A stretch of DNA of 64,000 nucleotides from the human T2T-CHM13v2.0 reference genome, Homo sapiens: the NCBI RefSeq assembly GCF_009914755.1, contig NC_060937.1; one strand, given 5' to 3'. The notes below the pieces were generated by a model, which worked only from the letters and a program-made list of their open reading frames with translations, had not been told where the DNA came from and ran no database searches. The translations under genes were made by a program, and so were the position numbers. Positions 26,853 to 43,260 of this stretch are shown one piece after another (the first letter of the stretch is position 1; each line of letters starts with the position of its first letter).

Positions 26853-29800
26853 TAATTTCCATAGATGTTCAGGTTTTCACTATATTTGTAACCATGACCT
26901 TGGCAAGTTAAAAACCAAGCTGTGCTCCATCTACTAAAGATGCTACAGAAGCATTAAATGCATTCAGAAAAACCTTTCCTAAAGATAATTAAAAGAAAAA
27001 GTGTTGATACTTTCAGTATCTGGAAAATTTCTTCTGTGGAGCACCTCATTCCTCTTCTATGCCAAATTAACCAAGTGTCATTATCCTTCCAGTGAGACAT
27101 TCCAGTTGAAAACATACTCAGAATTCAGTGAATCACATTTTGCCAGCTTGTTTAGAAATGCAAATGTCGCTTGCTCCTGGAACATGTTTATCTGCCTCTG
27201 TGTGAGCGAATGTCATGATTTTTGACTGAGAGGCTTTCAGGGGGCATAGTATGACATAATTTCAGGTATATTAGAGATTTAAATCTGGAAAGAGACTTAT
27301 TTTTATTTTCTAAAAATGTAATCTAAACCCTGATAGAACAAGGAAGAACCTGCTACACAGAGACCTTGGGTAGATTCCCTAACACAGGAGGAGATAAAAT
27401 GTGAAATAGGTAACTATGACACAGCAGGAATGTTCATATGTGAGAATAAGATGGACCACTGATGGCTGGTGTGGGCTGTGCACCTCCGTGCCCGTCAGGT
27501 GACTATGAAAAGCAGCAAGTTCCTGTTTCTTCTCTGGAGCTTTTCCCTCTTCAAAAGCCAGAGGAACCACAAACTTCATGACCACTTTCTTTAAGAAAGA
27601 CGAGGGAAAAGAACATTTAGAGTGGCATACACTCACTTTTGTCTATTCCTCTATTTGTTTCTGCACTGCTTGTTTACTGATTTAATAGTAAAATAAGTTG
27701 AAGACAACCGTCTTACATCTGAAACATTATTCTCACCCATCTTTGAATCATAACCAGCCTTTGTAGTCAAGCATAGCTCATTCATTTCATGACAGAATAA
27801 GAAACAGGCCCATTGAACAAATTGTGTCTTTCATTTTGTCAACTGCAAAATCCCTGGAAAACCAAATGGCTCGGTGTAGCAGGAAATAGTTCACCACTGG
27901 AAAGATGGGGCACAACATTGGTTAATCCAAAATTTTTGTGGTGGTCACCAAGACCACTTCTGGCACGAAAAATAAATTCACACCATGCTTTTCCCCTCAA
28001 ACATAGAAATATTAACCAGACCTTCCTAATGAGGGTCTCTATAAGGGATGAGGAAACAAAACTCCACAGAGGAGCCTCTCACACATCTGAAGCTCTGTCC
28101 TGAAGCCACACAGCTTAAGTTTGGGGTTCAGCAAAGTTCCACATTACCCTTTCACACACAAAGAACCATGTGTTTTCAGAGAAATTTGAACCCATCTGCT
28201 TCTGATTCACTTGAGCAGCACTGCCCAAAGGATTTTACAAGTTTTTCTCAGGAATTTTTTTGTATTTCAAACTTGATAGTTGTATTTAACCAAAAATAAA
28301 GCAAATGTAAGCCCCTACCTATGGGGCATTAATTTGAATCAAAGACCACAGAACTGCCTTTTAAAATGAGAACAGTTGGTTTCTGGGACATGCTGGGCCA
28401 AGAGCTATTTTCTCTTCTGTACTTCTCTAGCTGAGCTTCATCTGCCACTGAAAGAAGCACTTTTTAATCAACTTGAGAGAATAAAGCTCTACACTAAATT
28501 CAAACTATCGTTTTTTGAAATCCCCACTCCAAATAGAAGATATTATCATTATTAAACTTTGTTTTTTAAAAAACTGTTTAAGAATGCACTTTGTTTTTCA
28601 AATGGTCAAGGACATGGTGTAATTCAGTTAACCTTTTAAGGTTAAGTCTGTGATATGAATTTAAAATTAAGGATTTTTATCTGAATTAAACCCTTTTCAA
28701 ACATTCACAGATTTAATAGTAACCAATTGTACCCAGGGGATTTCAAATTCTTACTTCTAATATCCTCTGGATTTCAAAAGCAAATTCTAGACCAAATATT
28801 TGGAGTAACTTGAGTTTTGTCGATATACTATCTTCTTACTACTTTGAAGGAGGTTTACAGAAATTGGACCCTTGAGAGAAATGATTTCTTACCAACCATA
28901 AAACCAGGTGCACAGGAGTGTTCATTAACAATAAGCATTAAGCTGGGGGCTTTCCTGGTGAGTCTGAAAGTTGTTTGGATTTTCTCCAGCCGTAAAATGA
29001 AATACCAATCGGTTGTGTTACCAAGTACTGGTAAAATTCAATGAAGAATGATAATGAAGGTCAAAATTTCATTGTGGAATATATATATTCCAACATATAG
29101 CTATGTACATTGATAGCTATAGATATATAGAAATACATGTCTCCACAGAAAATTAAGTAAAAATTGAATAGGGGCAGTCAGTACCACGATAATAAAAAAT
29201 TTATGTACCCCAGGGACAATTCCTTGTGGTATGAACCAGCACAATGTACTTGAAGGCCACGTGCTGCTGTTTGACATCAAACTGTGAGGAGATAGCTTTC
29301 AAAGAGTTTATTTATGCCTTCTTTTACCAATAACTCCCTACCCTATAATCCACTTGCATTTTAGGAGAAACTAAAAAGAAAGAAATAATGAAGAAATCAA
29401 TTTTTCATTTTCACGTAATTCAAACTTTAAGGTCTCATAACTCACCCCCTCTGAATGGGAAAAGATAATATTTCTCAAATTATGAATATATTTACTCTGC
29501 TATAAAATGTAAGGGTTGGGATTGTCAATAATGGCATGCATTATTTTCCTTTAACTAAAAGGGATATCCCACAGCTTTTTAAAACAAAGATTATCTGTAC
29601 GTCTCTATAGTCTTGTAACTCAAAGAAGATCGAAATGTTCTGCTGTTAGAACAGTCACCCCCTGCTATTGAAAAACTCCTGTAAATCCTCCTTCAAACTT
29701 ATTTATTTTATGAAGCTTTTCATTTATGTCCTATCAACGATTCTTCACTCTTTTGCACAATGTGGTTGGAAGAAAGGTCAGAAGAAACGCAAAAGAAAGT

Positions 29801-30253
29801 AAACTGCAGAGTCAATTGTCTGTTGCCTCTGAGATCTATTAATCCTCAGGTGTTTTGTTTTGTTTTTTCACTTCATTTCTCTGTATGCTTCTATTTGTAC
29901 CATAATCCACCAGCCAACAACTCTGTCCCTTTGAATGAAAAAGTTAACAAGGATGTCACAAAACTGGACAGTTGTCCTACAATCACATATGATCAAATCT
30001 AAGCTATCAAAATTATTGTACTAACACAACACAGCATTTTCCTCGAGGAATGGGCCGACCTCATATTTCACAGCATTAGAGATAATATATATTTAATTTA
30101 GGAAATTTATTTCTCCCACTTTATAGGGAGAAATTTATACATTATTCTTGGAAAATAAAAACACATATCCACTTATTTTGTGATGTGTTTTTTACTGTTC
30201 ATTTGGTTAAATAAGAATGGTCAGGCGGATTCACCCTTTACAAATGTGTGAGA

Positions 30254-30297
30254 TGATAGAGAGAGAGAGATAGACAGACAGATGGATAGATGATAGA
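30254..30297. repeat. (GATA/GA/GACA)n simple repeat
   Basis: Direct. Confidence 0.8.
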
Positions 30298-30530
30298 TTC
30301 TGTTTTCTCAGTACTGACAAAACCACCAGTTTTGGTAGATATTCAAAGCGTTGACATTACTTTCTGGACAAGAGATCGCTGGAAAGGAAACAGAGTCATA
30401 AGCATGTTTTAGGGTCTTCATCGTGAACCACTCTTTAACAGACTTTGATCTGTCAGAAATTACAATCTTGTTTATAGTGTCTCAGCTAAGGTGTTTAGGA
30501 TTACAGGACTGGGCCTACAGAAATATAATT

Positions 30531-30534
<4 letters not shown>

Positions 30535-30605
<71 letters not shown>

Positions 30606-30611
30606 GAGAGA
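30535..30611. repeat. (TA)n(GA)n compound microsatellite
   Basis: Direct. Confidence 0.95.
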
Positions 30612-31299
30612 ATAGCCACCTTTATCATTTTCATTATAATTTACCCAAGAGATAAGTGTTTGAATGGTCCCAAATGAAGAAGACAGACTGATCATAAGTT
30701 CTGACCGGATTTCACTTTCTTAAGTAGATGTACCCCCAGTGTCAAAGAAAAGGGGCCCCTTAGATTTCATCCAGGACATTTTCCTACTTCCAGGGAAGTC
30801 AGTGAGGTGACAGTCCTGCTGACTGTTGAGGTCATCAGGCAAGGAAATTCCACTCCTCTGCCCAGCAATATATTCAGTGTCTAACAACTCCTACCACTAT
30901 GATAAGAGAGGTTAGGAAAGAGCTGAGACTACCGTATCTGAAAGTATTACAATATAGATTGCTGCTGACAGCTAAAAATAACTTGCTCTGTCCTTTAAGG
31001 AAAGACTGAGCCATAAAACGTTTTCAAATTGCAAGACAAGTACCACAGACACATGAGATATATTTCTTAGACTTAAGACATCATACACATTAGGCAAGAT
31101 AAAATGAGCACTCTCTATTTAACTTAGAGAACGAAATTATCACAAAATTTCCCTTGTTGAAAATAAGTACCCAGTTGGCAATTTGTCAACGCTTTTGTTC
31201 CTACTGAAATTGATTGTGAAAATAGGCTGAGGGATGTGGAAGGAAGGGCTAGAGGTGGTATTCAGTGATGAGTTCTGCCCCGCCTCATTTGTGAATAAA

Positions 31300-31476
31300 T
31301 GAATGGAAGAGAAGGAAAGAGAAAGAGGGAAGGAGGGAGGGAAGAAGAAAAGGAAGAAGGAAGGAAGAAAGGAGGAAGGAAAGAAGGGGGGAGGGAGGGA
31401 GAGAGAGAAAAAAGGAGGGCGAATGGGAAGGAGAGAGAAAGGGAGGGAGGATGGGAGAGCAGGAAAGAGGGAAGGG
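31300..31476. repeat. GA-rich polypurine low-complexity tract
   Basis: Direct. Confidence 0.9.
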
Positions 31477-31478
31477 CT

Positions 31479-31526
31479 TTGAAAAGTTTAATGGCAAGAA
31501 CTGCAATTACTTTTGCACCAGCCTAA
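31479..31526. mobile_element. Half MADE1 (Hsmar1-derived MITE)
   Basis: aatggcaagaactgcaattacttttgcaccagcctaa followed by TA matches one MADE1/Hsmar1 terminal inverted repeat. Confidence 0.8.
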
Positions 31527-33906
31527 TATTAAAAACAAAACCCAGAAACCTGATGCCCAAAGGATTGGTTCACTGGCACTGTATACCTTTCACTCCATTT
31601 TGCTGTGTTAAGATTCTCAGAACAGATAGTCAACAATAACAACAAATTATACTTCTTTCTGGACTCCTAACAGTAACAAGAGAAAAGTACTGATAGTTCT
31701 ATCCAATTCCATGGCTACAGACATTAAGCAAACTGGTAAATGACCCTTGTATTATTGGATCAGATAATTAACATGACCAATACTTTTATAGACTTTACTT
31801 TCCCACTCTAGCAAAGAAAAGAATTAAAAATACTTCAGTCCCTTTGCCTTTTTTTCCCTCTGAATAACAATAATTCAATCCAACTTCTAGGGACTGAAAA
31901 TTCACTTTCACCCTAAGTAACTGTTCAGCTACCTTTCACCAATGATTACTGTAATCTGCAACTCAAAAAAAAATTTTAAACCAAACTTCTTCCATATTTG
32001 TGTTTACGTATTCGGCTTAAGTTACACTCTTTTGCATTTATAAATATGCAGTGTTTTCATGTTATTGAGTTATTTGATGTTTCAATAATTGTATTATAAA
32101 AATATAAACTTCACCAGGTCAGGATTCCCTCATTTTACAGATTTCTACTGTGCTATGCATTTTATAGAGGTTGAATAAGCAACTGCAATTTGTTAATTGA
32201 TTGATCATTCAGTGATTCCAAAAACAATAATAAAATACATCAAAGAGATGGAAAAGAACAGACAGGAAGCCAAGAAAGCGATGAGGTAATTTGCTTGAAC
32301 AAGATGAGGCCTCTAAGAATAACATGCAGAGGGGCTGGCATCCCCATAGACAAGTGCGCTCTCACTCTCCCTCCCTCCCTCCCTCCAACCTTGATGTCCA
32401 CATGCAATGAAAACTTGTGTCACTCATTTAGATTGTATATCTAATACCAGGTATCTAGATATTTGGCATTAAGTGGAAATAAAAAAAAAAAAACTGAGTG
32501 ACACTTTTAAAAATATTTAGGTCTTAGCATTTCAGCTAGAAGGAACAAACAAAACATAACTTATTGGTGGGCTATTGTGATAAAATAGTGGGTAACTAAG
32601 TTATTTTGGAATCCATATTTTAAAATCCATATTTTGAATAGAGAATGTGGAAGAGAAAGAAGTGAGGTGAGATTCAAGGACGTGCAAGAGAAATGGTGTA
32701 GGTTTAGTTATTTTATAGGTTGTCACATATTAAGATGACAAAGCGTTCACACTGAGAGTATAAAGTACTTCTTTTTTAAACAATGGTATATTTTAAAAAG
32801 AGAAAAGACAGTTTTAGAAGCACACATATCCTCACAATTTTCTAATAAATAGCAGCCCACAGCAGCTGGCATGACACTACACCAGCTTTTCTGTGTCTCA
32901 ACTCACATAGTAAACTGAGCATTTGAGTTTGCCTCAAAAAACTCTTGCCTGCTAAAAATGGAGAGTTTGACAGGATTTCAGAAATGTTCCATGAATCCTA
33001 ATTTATGAGCAACAGTTGGTAAGTGAGCATGCCAATTAAATCAAATAGTGAGTGTTAATTCATTGACATGGTATTTCCACATGGAAAGGAAAAATGGTTT
33101 GCAAAGGAATGATGGGAAAGTATTTACGGATTGAATATTGCATCATTTATAAGCTTGCATTTCTTGATTATTCACCAGTAATTGTTTACTGAAAACGTTC
33201 CTGGCATAGTAATTTACACTTCAGTTAGAGTCCACTCATCATGTGCTTCGACATTTATTTCATTTAGAATAACAATCAATAAAACAGGGTCATTCCCCAA
33301 GGAAAACTTTTCATGCAAGAAGCATGCAAAATTGTCAAATAAATGAAAATAGCCATCATGAATTGTTGAGCTCCACAGTGTCATTTCAAATTAATCTCTA
33401 TAAGCCATTTTAAACCTTTCAACAATAGCTGTAATACTCAGCTTTCTTCTTTTCTACTCACAGTAGAAACTGAAAACTTTGGCATGGTAGGAACGTGAAT
33501 ACCAGGGTAGAAAACAAAAGTGAGCTACAGAGGGAGACAGCATGTATCGTAGTTCCCCATTGTTCATGTAAGAAACAGAGTGAGAATGCTACCTAATGCC
33601 CAGGCCCACAATTCTACCCGATAGGAAGGCCCTGCCCAACAGATAAGAAGAGGGTGCAATTGTACAGTGCTCAGCATAATCCTTCACAATTTGCTTTGTT
33701 TGTACAGAGCACTGTCTGTCTCAAGCACTGTCTAAGCAACAGCACTCTCAATATCTACTAAAACCTGATTCTCTTTTTCTTTTACCCTAATTAGCACAGA
33801 AAGCTAGAATAATTTTTAATAGAAAACTTACAGTGGAAAACCTTCTTTAGAGTGATTTATAGGTAAAGTTATTAATAGAGTGAGAGCTCTACTTAAAGAA
33901 AGAATG

Positions 33907-34811
33907 GGGGGAGGAGCCAAGATGGCCGAATAGGAACAGCTCCGGTCTACAGCTCCCAGCGTGAGCGACGCAGAAGCCGGGTGATTTCTGCATTTCCATC
34001 TGAGGTACCGGGTTCATCTCACTAGGGAGTGCCAGACAGTGGGCGCAGGTCAGTGGGTGCGCGCCCTGTGCGCGAGCCGAAGCAGGGCGAGGCATTGCCT
34101 CACCCGGGAAGCGCAAGGGGTCAGGGAGCTCCCTTTCAGAGTCAAAGAAAGGGGTGACGGACTCACCTGGAAAATCGGGTCACTCCCACCCGAATATTGC
34201 GCTTTTCAGACCGGCTTAAAAAATGGCGCATCACAAGATTATATCCCGCACCTGGCTCGGAGGGTCCTACGCCCATGGAGTCTCGCTGATTGCTAGCACA
34301 GCAGTCTGAGATCAAACTGCAAGGCGGCAGCGAGGCTGGGGGAGGGGCGCCCGCCATTGCTCAGGCTTGCTTAGGTAAACAAAGCGCCAGGAAGCTCGAA
34401 CTGGGTGGAGCCCACCACAGCTCAAGGAGGCCTGCCTGCCTCTGTAGGCTCCACCTCTGGGGGCAGGGCACAGACAAACAAAAAGACAGCAGTAACCTCT
34501 GCAGACTTAAATGTCCCTGTCTGACAGCTTTGAAGAGAGCAGTGGTTCTCCCAGCACGCAGCTGGAGATCTGAGAATGGGCAGACTGCCTCCTCAAGTGG
34601 GTCCCTGACCCCTGACCCCCAAGCAGCCTAACTGGGAGGCACCCCCCAGCAGGGGCACACTGACACCTCACACGGCAGGGTATTCCAACAGACCTGCAGC
34701 TGAGGGTCCTGTCTGTTAGAAGGAAAACTAACAAACAGAAAGGACATCCACACCAAAAACCCATCTGTACATCACCATCATCAAAGACCAAAAGTAGATA
34801 AAACCACAAGG
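33907..34811 (+). promoter_or_regulatory. L1 5'UTR: CpG-rich internal sense promoter (YY1 site CAAGATGGCC) and antisense promoter
   Basis: The sequence matches the L1PA 5'UTR; promoter functions are established for this family. Confidence 0.85.
34163..34357 (-). CDS. ORF0: L1 ORF0, 64 aa, truncated by a TGC>TGA change at the distal splice donor
   Basis: MAGAPPPASLPPCSLISDCCASNQRDS... matches primate L1 ORF0 (71 aa in the consensus). Confidence 0.8.
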   Translation of the reverse strand: MAGAPPPASLPPCSLISDCCASNQRDSMGVGPSEPGAGYNLVMRHFLSRSEKRNIRVGVTRFSR

Positions 34812-35826
34812 ATGGGGAAAAAACAGAACAGAAAAACTGGAAACTCTAAAACGCAGAGCGCCTCTCCTCCTCCAAAGGAATGCAGTTCCTCACCAGCAAC
34901 GGAACAAAGCTGGATGGAGAATGACTGATGAGCTGAGAGAAGAAGGCTTCAGACGATCAAATTACTCTGAGCTACGGGAGGACATTCAAACCAAAGGCAA
35001 AGAAGTTGAAAACTTTGAAAAAAATTTAGAAGAATGTATAACTAGAATAACCAATACAGAGAAGTGCTTAAAGGAGCTGATGGAGCTGAAAACCAAGGCT
35101 CAAGAACTACGTGAAGAATGTAGAAGCCTCAGGAGCCGATGCGATCAACTGGAAGAAAGGGTATCAGCAATGGAAGATGAAATGAATGAAATGAAGCGAG
35201 AAGGGAAGTTTAGAGAAAAAAGAATAAAAAGAAATGAGCAAAGCCTCCAAGAAATATGGGACTATGTGAAAAGACCAAATCTACGTCTGATTGGTGTACC
35301 TGAAAGTGATGGGGAGAATGGAACCAAGTTGGAAAACACTCTGCAGGATATTATCCATGAGAACTTCCCCAATCTAGCAAGGCAGGCCAATGTTCAGATT
35401 CAGGAAATACAGAGAACACCACAAAGATACTCCTCGAGAAGAGCAACTCCAAGACACATAATTGTCAGATTCACCAAAGTTGAAATGAAGGAAAAAATGT
35501 TAAGGGCAGCCAGAGATAAAGGTCGGGTTACCCTCAAAGGGAAGCCCATCAGACTAACAGCGGATCTCTCGGCAGAAACCCTACAAGCCAGAAGAGAGTG
35601 GGGGCCTATATTCAACATTCTTAAAGAAAAGAATTTTCAACCCAGAATTTCATATCCAGCCAAACTAAGCTTCATAAGTGAAGGAGAAATAAAATACTTT
35701 ACAGACAAGCAAATGCTGAGAGATTTTGTCACCACCAGGCCTGCCCTAAAAGAGCTCCTGAAGGAAGCACTAAACAAGGAAAGGAACAACCGGTACCAGC
35801 TGCTGCAAAATCATGCCAAAATGTAA
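34812..35826 (+). pseudogene. L1 ORF1: L1 ORF1p, frameshifted (2-nt deletion near 34926; TGA after 38 codons)
   Basis: ATG GGG AAA AAA CAG at 34812; the remainder is in ORF 34921-35826 (coiled coil, RRM, CTD; ends QNHAKM). Confidence 0.93.
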
Positions 35827-35889
35827 AGACCATCGAGACTAGGAAGAAACTGCATCAACTAACGAGCAAAATCACCAGCTAACATCATA

Positions 35890-39712
<3,823 letters not shown>

Positions 39713-41349
39713 ACAATGAGATCACATGGACACAGGAAGGGGAATATCACACTGTGGTGGGGTGGGGGGAGGGGGGAGGGATAGTATTGGGAGATATACC
39801 TAATGCTAGATGATGAGTTAGTGGGTGCAGTGCACCAGCATGGCACATGTATACATATGTAACTAACCTGCACAATGTGCACATGTACCCTAAAACTTAA
39901 AGTATAATTTAAAAAAAAAAAAAGAAAGAATGCATAAGTATGTTTAAAATGAAAAGGCAAAAGTATATAGTAGTGAAAAGTAATCATTTTTGAGATTTAT
40001 TGCTTCCTAAATAAATTCATTAATTGTAAATTGTCAACAAGTACATAGACACAGCAGCAGAACCACAAAAGTAACACTTTTAAGGCAGAACTCTCTCAAA
40101 GTTAATAAATTATACATCTGCTGAGCAAGTCATTACGTCATCACAAACGATAAGAAAGTGACTAGAGTTTCAAGATGTATTAAAGATTCCAGGAGGGAGA
40201 AAAGTAGCTGGCATTTTTGAAGGCCATACAGTGATACTTTTAGGAATGGCAGCTGTGGATATTAAAGTCAAAAAGTGGGAATGTTCTTCTGATTCTTTGT
40301 CAAGAATGTAATAGTAAAATTGTAAAATTAAAGGAAAAAATCTTCAGACTATTCTAAAATTTTACTATTAAAAACACTTTCTGAAACTCCCAGTAAAGAC
40401 TGCTATCATTTTCCATCCCAACTTCATCTGCTACCTCATGTTCCATTAACCACTGACTTGTATAACAAGCTAGAAATATCTTGTCCCAGGAAGTAAGCAG
40501 ACATTCAATCACATTTCTTTCAACTACCAAATAAGTTAAAGTGAAAACAATTCAGTATTGATTATACAGGGGTCAAAAGGCAACAGAAGTTTAGAAAAAG
40601 CAACATTCGCGTCACATGGACTACAAAGATTTTTATACAGCCTTGACTATGGGGGTTTCTACTGACTGTAGATACAGTTTTGTGGCAAAAAAAAAAAAAA
40701 AAAAAAAAAAAAAGTGGATCTGGGTCAGAGTTGCTGAATGAGAAATATTTGTAAAGAAAACAGTAGAGAAAAGAGAGCTTCTGGGAAATGGCATGCAATA
40801 TAAAAAGTTGGGAAATAAATAGACCAATGGGGAAAATGTAGGCAGACATATGCCAGGCATATGGAATTTCTGTGTTGCAAATCTCTGGGTTTTCATATTT
40901 CACCGTACCCCTAGCTAAATGATGATGTGATACTTTAAATTGGACTTGACCAAATTTTTTACCTTGTCCTCCCAAAATAAAAATTTGCAGACAAGGCGAA
41001 AACTCATTTTAAGATGCCCTATATTCTCTGTTTCAAATTATTACACAACCTGTATCTAAAAACTCTGCCACCCCAATTCTGAATGCATTCAAGTGAAACA
41101 TAGAATTGTAATCACAAGTCCAAAACTCAAAACTGCAAACTCTCTGCTATGTGACAAAGAAATATTATGTCTTTGAAAGGAGAAATAGCACCCGACAATG
41201 AAAATTGAATCCCGGAAATAACCAGGTGATTTAAAGCTTTCTAGATAATCACCAGCAACTAGAATGATAATACTTTAATGACATATTATATTTAAATAAC
41301 ACCTTTCAAACTCCATCATGTTAATCTACACAACATGTTCACAAAGTAA

Positions 41350-41480
41350 GAAGGAATGGGTATTACTCCCATTTTAGATTAGAAAATTGAAGGGTAATAG
41401 AGGACGGCTTACCAAGGTCTCTTCTCTTCCTGGCAGTGGGTCCAGGATTGGATACTCAGATGTGTTTTTTATTAGATTTC
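41350..41480 (-). mobile_element. MIR fragment
   Basis: tattactcccattttagattagaaaattgaag...ccaaggtc. Confidence 0.55.
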
Positions 41481-43059
41481 AGTGCCTCCAAACCGATTTA
41501 GCTGGTGGACTGAGTTGGTCTCCTGTGAATTTTTTTCAGCATCCCCTGGTAGACACGAGAATTTCTCAGAAGTTTGAACAAATCTCAGGCTTTCTCCACT
41601 TCCTGCCACCACCTGGCAGATATCCTAAGATGGCTTCCTGGGACCTACAGAAATAACATCTGAATCTCCCTCAAACCCTTTCTTAGTTCTAAGGCTTTGC
41701 CACACACAGAATGCAGAAAATCAAGTATGCCATGGGTTACGGGCTTTTCAGGGTACACATCATTCTCCTTTTCCTCAGCACTAGACATATCCACCTAGTC
41801 ATTAGAACCTAGCCTCTCCTTGGCCTTGCTCATTAAAAAATATCTATTTTAATTTTTATTTCTGCCCTCAGTCTAAGCTGACCTCTCTTTGGGCCATAGC
41901 CCACATTTATACAAAGCTCAGACTATTTTCCCTAGTTCAGGAAGAAGGCAGGCTTATCTTTCCAACATTTGGGGCCATGTGGCTAACTTGAATTCCAAGC
42001 TAAAAGCATTTCAAATTTGAACAGCAATGCAGCAGAGACAAAAAAAAAAAAAAAAAAAAAAAAAAAAACAGGGAGACAAGTTTGCCTTCACACTTTAAAA
42101 TATAGGCTGGCACCCAGAGCAAGGCAGTCTTCTCACATCAATGATTCCCCCAGCACCTGTGCCACTCTGCACAATCACAGCATTGAGTGCCAAGGTTCAT
42201 AATGAGTGATGCTGCTGCCACTGGGAGTGTCTCACAGGTGAACAGTGTGGAGGCAGGAAAAGGGTACAGACCCCACTGGGCGACACTGCATCCCACTGCA
42301 GAATCTCCATGCACCTTGCTTCTAATGCACGCCCGTGCTTTCTTCTCCCGCACGCTGTTCTCAGAACAGCAAGGTCTCACCTTGTTTTTCATTTATTGCT
42401 CAGCAGGGTTCAAGTGCTCTTTAGACAAGTGATCCTTTTTTTTCACTAACTACAAAGAACTCTATATAAATACACTGTTGATCTTGTACAGTCAACAGAT
42501 GACATGCTGTCTACCACAAAAGGACATTTTAATATGAATAATCAGAACGACTTTTCCCAAAGGGCTTTAGGGAGATGCTCTAAACTATGAGTAAAGTGCT
42601 AATAAGAATACCTTTGCACAGCACTTTGTCATATTGGAAGCACATTCACGTATATTATTACGTTTGTAGGTAAATTCTGAGCTTCATTTTCTCCACAGGT
42701 ATAAGTATCACAAGTGTTATGCAATATGTAAACACATTTAGAAGTTTATAATTTAGTTGTGGAACTGACTTGAAAATTTAAACACCACTTAGATTACAAA
42801 TTGTATTGGCAATGTGGTTTTAAAAATGAAAATGAGTGAGTTTTTGATTATCTGCCCCTCATTATGAGCAATTCCAGCTCTTGAGTCACTGTAAATATTA
42901 GCCATTTTCAGAATGTTAAGCACTTAGCAAACTTTTAAATATTCCATGATCCTTATTTACTTGGGATGAAAATTACACATTTTGAAGTCAATGACAGTGA
43001 TATTTCCTTAAAGCTAGACCCATTTTGAGCCAGTCCACTTAACATTGGAGGATTGGTTC

Positions 43060-43260
43060 AATCTGACTTATGAAGTGGGGTCACCTGGCAGCATTCCTTC
43101 TGAATTATCTAATCCATTCACATGGCTCAAAATACCATTTACGTACCAGGGGCAACTCATGTCATATTTCTATCCCAGACTTCTCTGAATTTCTAGCTCA
43201 TGCAACCAATGACACACTAGACATATCTACTCACAATCATTTTTTAGAATCATTTTAATA
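43060..43260 (+). mobile_element. L2 fragment
   Basis: atccattcacatggctcaaaataccattta...ccagacttctctga. Confidence 0.55.

Noticed and set aside
31285-31639. Low-complexity ORFs (E/G/R/K-rich or L/S/P/F-rich)
   Set aside because: These are translation artefacts of the GA-rich tract.
39752-39782. G-quadruplex-forming tract
   Set aside because: This is a standard feature of L1PA 3'UTRs and is not locus-specific.
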